This document shows, one piece after another, positions 27,587 through 37,400 of a DNA stretch of 64,000 bases. The first letter of the stretch is position 1, and each line of letters opens with the position of its first letter. The stretch is taken from assembly GCA_047602425.1 (NCBI GenBank), contig JASGHG010000001.1, forward strand, positions 3,904,001 to 3,968,000, given 5' to 3'. Both the position numbers and the translations under genes were made by a program. The notes under the pieces are model-generated. The model searched no databases and was not told the DNA's origin. It saw only the letters and a program-made list of their open reading frames with translations. This DNA is from Nibricoccus sp. (lineage in GTDB: Bacteria > Verrucomicrobiota > Verrucomicrobiia > Opitutales > Opitutaceae).

Positions 27587-28150
27587 ATGGCCGACACATT
27601 CTCTCCTTTCTCGGGCGCGCTTCTCATGTGCATCGATTTTCAGGCGGTATTCCTGAAATCCGTTGCCAACAGCGAACAACTGCTCAAGCGCAGCAGCTTC
27701 GCCATCCAGGCCGCCAAGGGTTTTGGGATGCCGGTTGTATTCACGGAACAAGTACCGCAAAAACTCGGCGGCACCGTTCCCGAACTGCTCAAGCTGGCGC
27801 CTGGCGCGAAGCAACTTGGAAAAACGAATTTTTCCGCGATGGCCGACGACGGCATTCGTGACGCGATTCGCGCAATGGACGTCGAACACCTCATCATTTG
27901 TGGCCTCGAAACGTCGGTCTGCGTTTACCAAACGGCCCTCGACGCGCTCGACGCCCAATTGCAGGTCACGATTCTCTCCGACGCGATCAGCGCCCGCCGT
28001 CCGGACGATGCGAAGACGTGTCTCGATGCGCTTAGGGCTCGCAATCACGTGTACATTCTTCCGTCCGAAACTGTTTTCTACTCGATGATGCAAGATGTGA
28101 AACACCCCTTCTTCAAAACCTTCACTCAACTCGTCAAAGACCATGCCTGA
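27587..28150 (+). CDS. Isochorismatase family hydrolase
   Basis: IDFQ, TEQVPQKLGGTV, KTNFS, GLETSVCVYQT. Confidence 0.88.
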   Translation: MADTFSPFSGALLMCIDFQAVFLKSVANSEQLLKRSSFAIQAAKGFGMPVVFTEQVPQKLGGTVPELLKLAPGAKQLGKTNFSAMADDGIRDAIRAMDVEHLIICGLETSVCVYQTALDALDAQLQVTILSDAISARRPDDAKTCLDALRARNHVYILPSETVFYSMMQDVKHPFFKTFTQLVKDHA

Positions 28151-29132
28151 GGAAACGCTTCTCTCCGTGCGCCTGCTCAAGGCGCTTGAAAACGGCACCG
28201 GCCAACCCTTCGCCAGCGTGTTGCTCCTGCGACGGCTCACGGCGAAAACCGCCTCCAACGGGAACCCTTTCCTCAGCATCGAACTCGGCGATCGCTCCGG
28301 CACGTTTTCCTGCACCATCTTTGCCGATCATCCGCAATTCGAGCTTCTCAAGTCTCTGGCGGAAGGTTCGGCCATTCGCGTTGCGGGAAAAATCGATTAC
28401 TACCAAGGACGTCTTTCGCCGAAATTGCATAAGCTCGCCGCGCTTTCCGACGAGGAACTCGCGGCGCCCGGCATGCTCGACAACCTTGTTGAGGCAGCGC
28501 CCGAGGATCCGGAGGCGATGTGGACCGAATTCAACGCCTTTATCGACGCCATCGGTCACGATGAACTCCGCATGACGGCCCGCGCCGTTTTTGAGGAGAT
28601 TGGCGATAGCTTCCGCACCGCTCCCGCTGCTGTGGCGATGCATCACGCCTATCGTCACGGTTTGCTCGAACACACGCTACACATGGCGCGCGCGGCGAAG
28701 GCATTGCTTCCGCTTTATCCCGAGGTTCACGCCGACCTCGCGATGACCGGTATCCTGTTACATGATACAGGCAAAGTGGTCGAATACGAAGGCTCGCTTT
28801 CGACAAAACGCAGCCGCAAAGGCCAGTTGCAAGGCCACGTGGTCCTTGGCTACCAGATCGCGCGCAAAGCCGGACTGAAGGCGAAACTCGCCCCCGACTT
28901 GCTCGAACGGCTTGAGCACATTGTGCTCAGCCACCAAGGCGAACCCGAATGGGGCGCGGCCGTTTACGCTGCGACGCCCGAGGCCGTGTTTGTATCCATG
29001 GTCGACAACCTCGATGCCAAGATGGGCATGGTTCAACGCGCCCTGCGTCAGACCGATGAAAGCGAAGAATTTTCCGAACGCCTTCCCGGCCTGAATAGCT
29101 CGCTGCTTGTGACAAAACCGATCGCCAAGTGA
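28143..29132 (+). CDS. 3'-5' exoribonuclease YhaM family (OB fold plus HD domain)
   Basis: N-terminal OB-like LGDRSG; PAAVAMHHAYRHGLLEH, LLHDTGK, HIVLSHQG, DNLDAK. Confidence 0.9.
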   Translation: MPEETLLSVRLLKALENGTGQPFASVLLLRRLTAKTASNGNPFLSIELGDRSGTFSCTIFADHPQFELLKSLAEGSAIRVAGKIDYYQGRLSPKLHKLAALSDEELAAPGMLDNLVEAAPEDPEAMWTEFNAFIDAIGHDELRMTARAVFEEIGDSFRTAPAAVAMHHAYRHGLLEHTLHMARAAKALLPLYPEVHADLAMTGILLHDTGKVVEYEGSLSTKRSRKGQLQGHVVLGYQIARKAGLKAKLAPDLLERLEHIVLSHQGEPEWGAAVYAATPEAVFVSMVDNLDAKMGMVQRALRQTDESEEFSERLPGLNSSLLVTKPIAK

Positions 29133-29252
29133 TGGCTGTAAAACCAGCTACTAGGTTCAATTGGCTCGACTTCTCCCGGGAGGTAAGCGTGATTGGTTCG
29201 GCTCGCATAGAAAACCATTATCTAGCTCCTAACAGTTACATTTTCATTAAGT

Positions 29253-29657
29253 ATGAAACCACGACCGACTTCAGTCAGCATTATCGCCTGGATATTAATC
29301 GTGATCGGAGGCCTCTCCTTCATCACTAGCACGCTGACGATAAATAATCCAATGGTTCGGGACCTTATGAGCAAAAGCCCTATTCCAGTGCCGATTCAGT
29401 TTGTGATGATGTATGTCGGCCTTGGCGTAAGTATTTTGTCGGGAGTTTTTATGCTAAAAGCCAAAGCTTGGGCCCGGATGCTTTACATTGGATGGAGTTT
29501 GATTGGATTTACCATAAGCTTCAGTACATCCCCAATGAAAGCGGCAATCATTCCTGGGTTCATTGTATTTTTGATCATCGCGTTTTTCCTGTTCCGTCCG
29601 AAGGCAAACGAGTTTTTCTCGCAGGCGATTTCTCAAAATGACAGGCCGAGTTTTTAG
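29253..29657 (+). CDS. Hypothetical membrane protein (AT-rich islet)
   Basis: 134 aa with four hydrophobic segments; RPTSVSIIAW start and FLFRPKANEFF end; lower GC than its neighbours. Confidence 0.7.
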   Translation: MKPRPTSVSIIAWILIVIGGLSFITSTLTINNPMVRDLMSKSPIPVPIQFVMMYVGLGVSILSGVFMLKAKAWARMLYIGWSLIGFTISFSTSPMKAAIIPGFIVFLIIAFFLFRPKANEFFSQAISQNDRPSF

Positions 29658-30069
29658 CATTCTTTGTTATATAGTCGCTGGTTTTTTTGTATACTTGATT
29701 TCGTTTTTAGGCTTCGCAAAAATGCCGTCGATAGCCGTAAAATCGGTGTTTCTCGCGGGGTTTTCCATTCCTGCGATGATTGCACTTTTTGCTGGATTCG
29801 CGTGTGATCAATTCCGCCACAAACTGCGTGATGCCGGAATCGTGTTTTTGTCCGCGTCCGCAATGACAATATTTGTGGTGCTTACGCTTGTCTGCCTTCA
29901 GACGACGGAGGAATTCAAGAAGCTAGCCTCGCCGGAATCGCTAGATTTTTTCAGCGACTATTGGTTCGGCACTGCATTTTTATTAGCGATCGTTTTGATC
30001 GGGCTGGCCGCATTGCACAAGGGATATATGTCACGCAATGGTCCAAGAGAAAATGGTCATCCAAGATGA
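29638..30069 (+). CDS. Hypothetical membrane protein (AT-rich islet)
   Basis: 143 aa with about four hydrophobic segments; overlaps the previous ORF by 20 bp. Confidence 0.6.
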   Translation: MTGRVFSILCYIVAGFFVYLISFLGFAKMPSIAVKSVFLAGFSIPAMIALFAGFACDQFRHKLRDAGIVFLSASAMTIFVVLTLVCLQTTEEFKKLASPESLDFFSDYWFGTAFLLAIVLIGLAALHKGYMSRNGPRENGHPR

Positions 30070-30184
30070 AGGAACGGTTGTATCGATTTTTTACCTACTG
30101 ACGATTTTTGGACAAAAAAGCGCGAGGCGTGGGGTTGGCATGCGGTAAGCAACAGCGAGAGGTGTTATGAAACTTCAATAATAT

Positions 30185-30234
30185 AGCCCTGCCCGGTGGT
30201 GCTCAGAAGCCTGCCGGGCGGGGCTGAGTTTTTT
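30185..30234. terminator. GC-rich hairpin between convergent genes
   Basis: AGCCCTGCCCGG (30185-30196) pairs with CCGGGCGGGGCT (30214-30225), followed by GAGTTTTTT. Confidence 0.55.
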
Positions 30235-30277
30235 GAAGGCCGTATATTCGCCTTCCCGCTGGCACCCAGATCAACGG

Positions 30278-31312
30278 CTACGGTTTATTGGGGTAGGCCG
30301 CGCGAAAGACCTTGAGGCGATCGCCGGTCGGAGGATGAGTGCTGATATAACGGGGCGGGACGCCGTGCTTTCGCGTGGTTTCCATGCGTTCCATGATGTC
30401 GACGAAGCGGTGAAGCGGAATTTCGGCCCGTTGCATGGCGCGAAGCGCATATAGGTCGGCCTCAGTTTCGAAATCGCGGGAATATTTTTTGGAGGTCAGC
30501 AAAAGCGGCAGAGTGCCGGCGATATTGGTGACGGCGGAGGCGTCTCCGAGCAACGAAACTGCAAAGACGAACGCGGCTGAATCCTGCAACAGCATGCGAA
30601 CCGCGTGGTGGTTTTCGCAGTGGCCGATTTCGTGGACGAGTACGGCCATAAGTTCGTCATCGTCTTGGGCAAGATTAACCAGTCCGTCCGTGAGGATGAG
30701 CGTGCCATCGGGGAGGGCGAAGGCATTGGCGGAATCGTCGGCCATGCGGCGGAGGATCAACTTCAGCGGTTTCCCGGTGTAACCGGTGGCGGAAAGCAAG
30801 GAGGTAAACGACGTTTGGAGCTCCTGCTGGCGTTGCCAGCCCAGCGCGGAATAGTCGAAAACGCGGCGATCCAAAACCTGCATCGTATGCAATGAAATGC
30901 GTTTTTCGACGGTAGCCGGGATTGCGCCTGCGATGTGCGCAGCCAGACGGGGCAGTGAAAAGTAGAAAGCGCCGACGAGGCCTGTGACGAGCACGAGGGT
31001 CGCGGCCGCGACCAGGCGCGCCCGGGCTTCGAGGCGTGTAATGATTTTGTCGATACGCGAAGACTTGGCGCTGGCTAATTGTTCGAGTTGGACGAAGGCC
31101 TCGACGTCGGTGACCTGGCAGCGTGCGCCTGCCGGAAGTCGGAGAAACCGAGTGGACTGACCGACGGCGGCGGGGAAGCCAACCAGGTCGCAAGGCAAGC
31201 GCAGATTGACGCTTTCACCTTTGATCAGCCAGACGTCACCCTCGCGCGAAAGTGTCGCGGGGTGAGGAAGGGTGTTCCGGCCATCGAAATAGTGAACGGG
31301 AATCGTGTTCAT
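30278..31312 (-). CDS. M48 family metalloprotease
   Basis: Start MNTIPVHYFDG. NAFALPDG, HEIGH, YSRDFETEAD, STHP. Confidence 0.92.
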   Translation of the reverse strand: MNTIPVHYFDGRNTLPHPATLSREGDVWLIKGESVNLRLPCDLVGFPAAVGQSTRFLRLPAGARCQVTDVEAFVQLEQLASAKSSRIDKIITRLEARARLVAAATLVLVTGLVGAFYFSLPRLAAHIAGAIPATVEKRISLHTMQVLDRRVFDYSALGWQRQQELQTSFTSLLSATGYTGKPLKLILRRMADDSANAFALPDGTLILTDGLVNLAQDDDELMAVLVHEIGHCENHHAVRMLLQDSAAFVFAVSLLGDASAVTNIAGTLPLLLTSKKYSRDFETEADLYALRAMQRAEIPLHRFVDIMERMETTRKHGVPPRYISTHPPTGDRLKVFRAAYPNKP

Positions 31313-32436
31313 AAGCCGATATCGAAGCCGAGGAAATCGGTCGCCGCGTCGCCGAGGGCAGCGCCTTTGTTGGTGCCGAGTTGTTCGATTTTGTCCAGAT
31401 TGCCGTCGGGCCAGATTTCGAGGCACGAGAGAGTGTAGCGCGCGAGTCGGACGGAGGCCCAGGGAAAGGCGAGACCGAGCGTTCCGATGACAGCGGCGGC
31501 GTTGGTGAGCTGGATTTTTAAGTAGGTGCCGAGCGCCATGCGTGCGTGGAATCGGTGGCCATCAAGCCAGGTATTGTTCCAGACATGGTTGAATTTTTTA
31601 ACGCGCACAATCATGCGCGAGAACCAAAAGACGCTGATCGAACCGACGCTGCCGAGCATCAACCAGTTTTCATTGAAGTCGGCGCGGGTTTGGCCGGTAT
31701 TCACGGCGATGATGCCGAGGGTCATGGAGAGTGCGATGAACCAGGCGATGAAAGGGAGAACGCCAACGAAATAAAAACCGTAGAACGTGCTCACTTTGCC
31801 ATCGAAATGGAAAACGCCGTCGCCGAAGCGAAGGCGGTCGATGGCGAATTGTTTTCTTTTGTACGAGAAATACGGATACAGTCCGCCGAGGGTGATCACG
31901 CACAGGATGGGCAGCACCACAAAGTTGAGGAAAGCGCCGGGATAGTAGGGCCGGTAGCGGAAGGCGAGGCCGCGGTGGACGGTGTTGCGGGCGTTGAAGG
32001 AAAGCGCGCGGATGATGAGCCATGGCAGCACCGGTGCGGCGAACACCAAGGTGAGAAACTTAACGACCGGATAGGCGGCGCCGAAAAAGGCGTAGCCGAG
32101 AAAAAGCACGAAAACGATGGCGTTGCCGGCCAGCAGTCTTTTGGGCTCGGCCGTGTAGTCAAAAGCGTGACCGAGCAGACGGGTATGGCCGTAGAAGTAC
32201 CTTTTTTTGCGGACCTTGGCCCAGGCCGCGTAGACCCCGAAAGTGGCGAGAGTCAGAAACGTATTAACGATCCAAATACGAAAGTACTCGCGGTGATTGG
32301 CGGTGAATTCAAAACTCCAAACCGTCGGTTTGGGTGGAGGCAATGATTCGGGCGGTGGCGGGATTATCTCGCCGGCCAACGATTGCAGTGGAGGGGTGAG
32401 GGCGGGGTCGACCTCTTGTGGGGCTGGATCTCCCAT
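31309..32436 (-). CDS. YjgN (DUF898) family inner membrane protein
   Basis: EYFRIWIVNTFLTLATFGVYAAWAKVR..YFYGHT, repeated TLG..PW/PY units, FDIGL end; overlaps the M48 gene. Confidence 0.9.
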   Translation of the reverse strand: MGDPAPQEVDPALTPPLQSLAGEIIPPPPESLPPPKPTVWSFEFTANHREYFRIWIVNTFLTLATFGVYAAWAKVRKKRYFYGHTRLLGHAFDYTAEPKRLLAGNAIVFVLFLGYAFFGAAYPVVKFLTLVFAAPVLPWLIIRALSFNARNTVHRGLAFRYRPYYPGAFLNFVVLPILCVITLGGLYPYFSYKRKQFAIDRLRFGDGVFHFDGKVSTFYGFYFVGVLPFIAWFIALSMTLGIIAVNTGQTRADFNENWLMLGSVGSISVFWFSRMIVRVKKFNHVWNNTWLDGHRFHARMALGTYLKIQLTNAAAVIGTLGLAFPWASVRLARYTLSCLEIWPDGNLDKIEQLGTNKGAALGDAATDFLGFDIGL

Positions 32437-32784
32437 TTCTCAAGGTTGCCGATTTATTCGTCGCAGGGAAAGGCCGAACTGCGCAGTTTCGAGGACGGAG
32501 CCGAGGGGTTGCGTGGCGATTTTCGTTGATCCGGCGGGGCTTTTGCCGGAGGCGGTTAGTTTCGCATGAGCGGCAGCTGACGACAGAGATTGCCGGTTGC
32601 TCGCACTCACGCCTGCCCATCGGTCTGCCATGGGGTCGGTGGCCTGGCCGGCGGGAAAAGGAGAACATCGGATAGGAGAAACACCCCGGAAATCGGGGAT
32701 ATGGTTTTGTTTTTACCGGCGTTGGCTTGACGGTTCGCAGGCGTCCGGCATTTCCTTCCCCGGCACACGAGAACTGTACCCCCT

Positions 32785-33531
32785 ATGAATTCTTCCGCAT
32801 CCCGCAGGTTGCTGGTAGTTGAAGACGAGCCGTTGGTGGCGAACAGCCTCATGCTCGTTTTGCGGCGGTTGGGCTACACGGTGGTCGCGCTGGTCGACAA
32901 CGGCGAGGAGGCGGTGAAACTCACTTTTTCCCTCGTGCCCGATCTCGTGCTGATGGACATCAACCTGCGTGGAAAAATGGATGGCTCGGAAGCGGCGCGG
33001 CAGATCCGGCTGACGACGGGCCGCCCGGTGGTTTTTCTCTCCGGGCATTCGGATCCCTTGACGTTGAAAAAGGCGCGCGAGTGCGAGCCCTACGGTTTCA
33101 TTCTAAAACCCTTCGGAGAACGCGAACTGCTCGTGCAGATTGATCTAGCTATTCACCGGCACGAAGTGGAAACGCAGCGCGAACTGGCGCGGCGCGAATT
33201 GGAAATTGCAGAGGAAAAACTCAAGTCCATGCGCGGACTTTTACCGGTATGTGCTGGTTGCAAAAAAATCCAGGAAGCCAACGGCAAGTGGCTGGCTCTG
33301 GAAGATTATTTCAAGCAGCACGCGAACATCGAGTGTACGCACGGCTTTTGTCCCGATTGCGAAGGACGGCTTTACGGCACGCATTCGCGGGCGCCCTTTC
33401 CCTACGTGCTGCCGATTTTGCAGTCGGCCGAGCAGTTACCTCTCACGGTCGACAGCCCGCCGCCGGAAACCGGCACGAAAAAGCCCGCGACCAAAAAGCC
33501 GCGGGCGAAAGAAAACGAAAAAGGGAGCTAA
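32785..33531 (+). CDS. Response regulator with a C-terminal Cys-rich domain
   Basis: LVVEDE, LMDINL, GFILKPF, then LPVCAGCKKI...THGFCPDC. Confidence 0.9.
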   Translation: MNSSASRRLLVVEDEPLVANSLMLVLRRLGYTVVALVDNGEEAVKLTFSLVPDLVLMDINLRGKMDGSEAARQIRLTTGRPVVFLSGHSDPLTLKKARECEPYGFILKPFGERELLVQIDLAIHRHEVETQRELARRELEIAEEKLKSMRGLLPVCAGCKKIQEANGKWLALEDYFKQHANIECTHGFCPDCEGRLYGTHSRAPFPYVLPILQSAEQLPLTVDSPPPETGTKKPATKKPRAKENEKGS

Positions 33532-33533
33532 GC

Positions 33534-33764
33534 TCAGGCTTTCTCGACGAGGCCGGCTTTAATGGCCTTGACCGAGACGAGGACGCGCTTGGTGCCGCCA
33601 TTCGCGAGCTTGATGCGGATGCGCTGGAGGTTAGGCCGGAATTTGCGCTTCGTGATGCTGGTCACGTGCGTGCCGATGCCGCCGCTCTTCTTGGACTGAC
33701 CTTTACGGTTGATGCTGTTGCCCTTGACGGGGCGTTTGCCTGTGATTGCACAAATTCTGGCCAT
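33534..33764 (-). CDS. rpmB: 50S ribosomal protein L28
   Basis: MARICAITGKRPVKGN...TKRKFRPNLQ. Confidence 0.96.
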   Translation of the reverse strand: MARICAITGKRPVKGNSINRKGQSKKSGGIGTHVTSITKRKFRPNLQRIRIKLANGGTKRVLVSVKAIKAGLVEKA

Positions 33765-33839
33765 GGTTTCGAGTTGGTTAAAGGGTCGTGAGTAAAGGGC
33801 GGCACTCCCGCGAAGCAAGGGGAAACTTTGAACGACGAA

Positions 33840-34895
33840 TCATTGGCGTAAAGCCCACAGGACCTGAAACTTTTGTCCGAGGTGGTGGAGCAGTTGGAGC
33901 AGGCCGAGCTTGCGTTGGCTCAATTGCGACGCCTCGGCGGCCACGGTAGCGGACATAAAATCGGCGGCGCGGCGGATCAAAAAGGCTTCTTGGGTCTCCA
34001 ATTGCGGCGGGGCGAAACCGGCCCCCGCGAGCTTATCGGCGAGCCAATCCCAGCAAATGTGGCAGGTCAGATCCTGTTGGCCGGGGCGGGCGAGCAGATC
34101 GTTGGACTGCTGGTGTTGGAAATACGCGCGGGCGGTCCCAGCCGGAGTCGCGGCGATGAGCTCGCGCCAGGATTTCCCGTAGTCAAAAGCGAGAAATAAC
34201 CCTGTCCAAGGTTGTGCGGAAATTTGTTCGGCGAGCGCGACGGAGGCCAGCGGCAGATCGATGCGGTAGCCTTCGGGCGCGACGGTGGGAAGGGTGGAAA
34301 ACAGGGATGCGATTGCGCCGGGCGCCGAGAGACTAGAAGGAGAGGTCAAGGCAGCGACGGGAGCGAGTGCGATTTCGCGGAGTTCGCCAGAAAGAAGTTG
34401 CACGCCCATTTCGTACCAGGATCCGCCTTGAAACTGAAGGCGTCGAAACGGCTGCGCGTCGAACAGCTCGTTGGAAAACACGACGCAACGTCCTGAAAGC
34501 GCAACCGTTTCCCCAATACGAATGTTGCGGGTGGCACCGAACGAATGTTGGGCACCGGCAAGGATGCCGGCTCCGGGCTCCGCGCCGAGTTCGACGAAGG
34601 TGTAGTCTTTGAGTTTTTCCTGACCAAGCAACGACCGGCAGGCTGCGTGGACAAGTTCGCCAAAAAGCGGCCCCGTGGAGGTCGCGGTGTAAAAATCCGT
34701 GCCGCGGCCGTAACCAACGCGTTTTTTTTCAGCCCGGTAATAACCCACGGCGGGATGGTACAGCGCGAGCGACATGAACCGATCGAATGACATCGCTCCG
34801 GCCTCGCCGGCTTCTGCGCGAAAAACGGCCTGAAACTCGGGCGAGGGGCGGCGATCTTGAGCGGCGGAGGTGGGCATGGAGGAAGTTTGCGGCAT
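33840..34895 (-). CDS. SAM-dependent methyltransferase, MidA/NDUFAF7 family
   Basis: FDRFMSLALYHP..GYY, DFYTA, ELGA, SNELFDAQP, DYG, GQQDLTCHI. Start uncertain (34895 or 34877). Confidence 0.85.
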   Translation of the reverse strand: MPQTSSMPTSAAQDRRPSPEFQAVFRAEAGEAGAMSFDRFMSLALYHPAVGYYRAEKKRVGYGRGTDFYTATSTGPLFGELVHAACRSLLGQEKLKDYTFVELGAEPGAGILAGAQHSFGATRNIRIGETVALSGRCVVFSNELFDAQPFRRLQFQGGSWYEMGVQLLSGELREIALAPVAALTSPSSLSAPGAIASLFSTLPTVAPEGYRIDLPLASVALAEQISAQPWTGLFLAFDYGKSWRELIAATPAGTARAYFQHQQSNDLLARPGQQDLTCHICWDWLADKLAGAGFAPPQLETQEAFLIRRAADFMSATVAAEASQLSQRKLGLLQLLHHLGQKFQVLWALRQ

Positions 34896-35039
34896 GAAGT
34901 TGGTTGTAAAACATGCCCCTGCTGCGAGGAAAATGTTCACGTGGAAATCGGCTTCCGCCCTGCTGCGAAAAAATCCTCAGTTTCCAGTCTGGCAAACGAA
35001 CCCATTTACAAACCTCTCCGGATTCGCACAGTCGCCAAC

Positions 35040-36359
35040 ATGGTTAAACGGATCCTCACTATTGCGCTCGGCGTCGTGCTGGGCAGTTGCGTCGCTTTAG
35101 GCGTCGCAAAACTCGCATTTTTGTGGGGACTGTTTTCCGACCGCGATCTCGAACGCTCGTCCGAATACGTACGCGAGGTTCTCCAATTGGTGAACGAAAA
35201 TTACGTCGACGAAAAAGCCGCGCAGTATCCCGCCATCACGCGTGCCGCAATCCATGGCATTGCCGATTCTCTCGATCCGCACACCGAGTTCATGGAGGCC
35301 AAAGACTACAAGCAACTCCAGGAAGACATCAGCAGCGAGTTTGGCGGCGTGGGCATCCAGATTGAGCAACGCAAGAACCGCGTGGTGGTCGTGGCCCCGG
35401 TTGCAGGCGGTCCGAGCGAACGCGCCGGTATCATGCGCGGTGACGAGATCATGACCATCGATGGCCAGAAACTCGAAAAGTTCTCCGTGGATTTCGTCGT
35501 GGGCAAACTTCGCGGCAAACCCAAGTCTCGCGTGAAAATCGGATTTTTCCGTCCGAGCACAAAAAAGGACTATGAGGTTACCATTGTGCGCGAACTGATC
35601 AAAACCGAGAGCGTACGGGACGTTCAATTGCTGCCCGAGGGAATTGGCTACCTTCAGATCACGCAGTTCACCGAGCGCACCGCCGACGAATTCATCAAGG
35701 CGATCAACAAGCTCGCCGAGCAGAAAGCCACAGGCCTTATCATCGATCTGCGCAACAACCCCGGCGGCCTGCTCGATTCCGCTGTGGCCGTGGCTGAGCC
35801 ATTTTTCAAGAAAGGCGACACCATCGTCTACACCCAGGGCCGCAAGCCTGGCGATCGCGAAGACTACAAGGCCGAGTCTGACGAGGCGCCCATCGACGTT
35901 CCGGTCGCCGTGCTCATCAACGCAGGCAGTGCCAGCGCCGCCGAGATCGTAGCCGGCGCGCTCAAGGACACCGGCAAGGCCGTGATTGTCGGTGAGCGTT
36001 CGTTCGGCAAGGGGTCGGTCCAGTCGATCTTCAAGTTGAAAAACGGCGAAGGCATGCGCCTGACCACCGCGAAGTATTTCACGCCCAGCGGCGTGACCAT
36101 CCATGAGAAAGGCGTGCTGCCCAACGTCGAAGTGGTGATGACGCCCGAGGACGATCAAAACGTCCGTCTTCAACGTGCACGCCGCGACGTGAAAGATCCC
36201 TCCGAGTTCAAGGAACGCTTTGGCTTTGAGCCGATCGAGGACCGCCAGCTCCAGGCCGCGATCGACGTTCTTCGCGGTGTCATGATTCTCGAAGAGCGCA
36301 AACCCCAGTCGCCTGCGCCGGCAACTTCCGCCCAACCGGCCGCACCCGCCAGGAAATGA
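35040..36359 (+). CDS. S41 family carboxyl-terminal processing protease (CtpA-like, PDZ domain)
   Basis: Start MVKRILT with a signal anchor. LDPH, FGGVGI, DLRNNPGG, SASAAEI, SFGKGSVQ. Confidence 0.95.
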   Translation: MVKRILTIALGVVLGSCVALGVAKLAFLWGLFSDRDLERSSEYVREVLQLVNENYVDEKAAQYPAITRAAIHGIADSLDPHTEFMEAKDYKQLQEDISSEFGGVGIQIEQRKNRVVVVAPVAGGPSERAGIMRGDEIMTIDGQKLEKFSVDFVVGKLRGKPKSRVKIGFFRPSTKKDYEVTIVRELIKTESVRDVQLLPEGIGYLQITQFTERTADEFIKAINKLAEQKATGLIIDLRNNPGGLLDSAVAVAEPFFKKGDTIVYTQGRKPGDREDYKAESDEAPIDVPVAVLINAGSASAAEIVAGALKDTGKAVIVGERSFGKGSVQSIFKLKNGEGMRLTTAKYFTPSGVTIHEKGVLPNVEVVMTPEDDQNVRLQRARRDVKDPSEFKERFGFEPIEDRQLQAAIDVLRGVMILEERKPQSPAPATSAQPAAPARK

Positions 36360-37390
36360 TCCTTGCGCTCGAAACTTCCTGCGACGAGACGGCGGTGGCC
36401 GTGTTCGATCCGGCACGCGGACTGGTGGGAGAATGGGTGCACAGCCAGATCGTGCTGCATGGTCGTTACGGCGGCGTCGTGCCCGACCTCGCCACCCGTG
36501 AACATCTGCGCACCATCGGTCCATTGCTCGAACGCGCCCGGGAAATCACGGACGATTTTCGCACGGTCACAAAATTGGCGGTGACAAATGGTCCGGGACT
36601 CGCCGGCTGCCTTGCCATCGGCACCGCTGCGGCAAAATCGCTTTCGCTGGCGCTCAAACTTCCTTTGGCTGGCGTGAACCACTTGCGTGGGCATGCCTTT
36701 TCGCCCTTCATCGCGCTGCATGCCGAAGCTCCTGCAGCGTTCGACGAGAAATTATCCGCCCTGCTCCCGCACCTCGGCCTAATTGTCTCGGGCGGCAACA
36801 CGCTGCTCTTTCACCTCGATGCGAATCGACGCATCACGATGATCTCCTCGACGCGGGATGACGCGGCGGGCGAGGCGCTCGACAAAGGCGCGAAACTTCT
36901 CGGGCTCGGCTATCCTGGCGGCCCATTGATTGAAAAACAGGCTGCGAACGGCAAAGCCGATGCATTCGATTTTCCGCGTGGCATCGGCCCGCGCAGCGAC
37001 CTCGATTTCAGCTTCTCCGGCCTCAAAACGAGTCTGCGCTATCTGCTCGAAAAAATGTCGCCCGCGGAAATCGCCGCGCGCATGCCTGACCTCTGCGCGA
37101 GCTACCAACAAGCCGTGATCGACGCGCTCGTGCGCAAAACGACCGGAGCGCTGGAGCAAGGCGCTTATGCGAGCATCGGTCTTTCCGGCGGCGTGGCCAA
37201 CAACCGCCCATTGCGCGCCGCGGTGGAAAAACTCGCCTCGAAGCGCCGCCTGCCCGTGCTGATCGCCCAACCCAAACACACCGGCGACAACGCCGGCATG
37301 ATCGCCTTCGCCGCCTGGGCTGACCCAACTGCCACCGCCAGCATCGACTCCGCCGCGCTCAAGATCGAGCCGAGTTTGGCGCTCGGATGA
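36356..37390 (+). CDS. tsaD: tRNA N6-threonylcarbamoyltransferase TsaD
   Basis: LETSCDET, YGGVVP, NHLRGH, VSGG, DDAAGEALDK, GYPGG, FSFSGLKT, GGVANN, DNAGMI. Confidence 0.96.
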   Translation: MILALETSCDETAVAVFDPARGLVGEWVHSQIVLHGRYGGVVPDLATREHLRTIGPLLERAREITDDFRTVTKLAVTNGPGLAGCLAIGTAAAKSLSLALKLPLAGVNHLRGHAFSPFIALHAEAPAAFDEKLSALLPHLGLIVSGGNTLLFHLDANRRITMISSTRDDAAGEALDKGAKLLGLGYPGGPLIEKQAANGKADAFDFPRGIGPRSDLDFSFSGLKTSLRYLLEKMSPAEIAARMPDLCASYQQAVIDALVRKTTGALEQGAYASIGLSGGVANNRPLRAAVEKLASKRRLPVLIAQPKHTGDNAGMIAFAAWADPTATASIDSAALKIEPSLALG

Positions 37391-37400
37391 ATCATGCTAT

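Noticed and set aside
29133..30184. Integron cassette attC sites around the AT-rich genes
   Set aside because: No convincing paired RYYYAAC/GTTRRRY boxes and no integrase.
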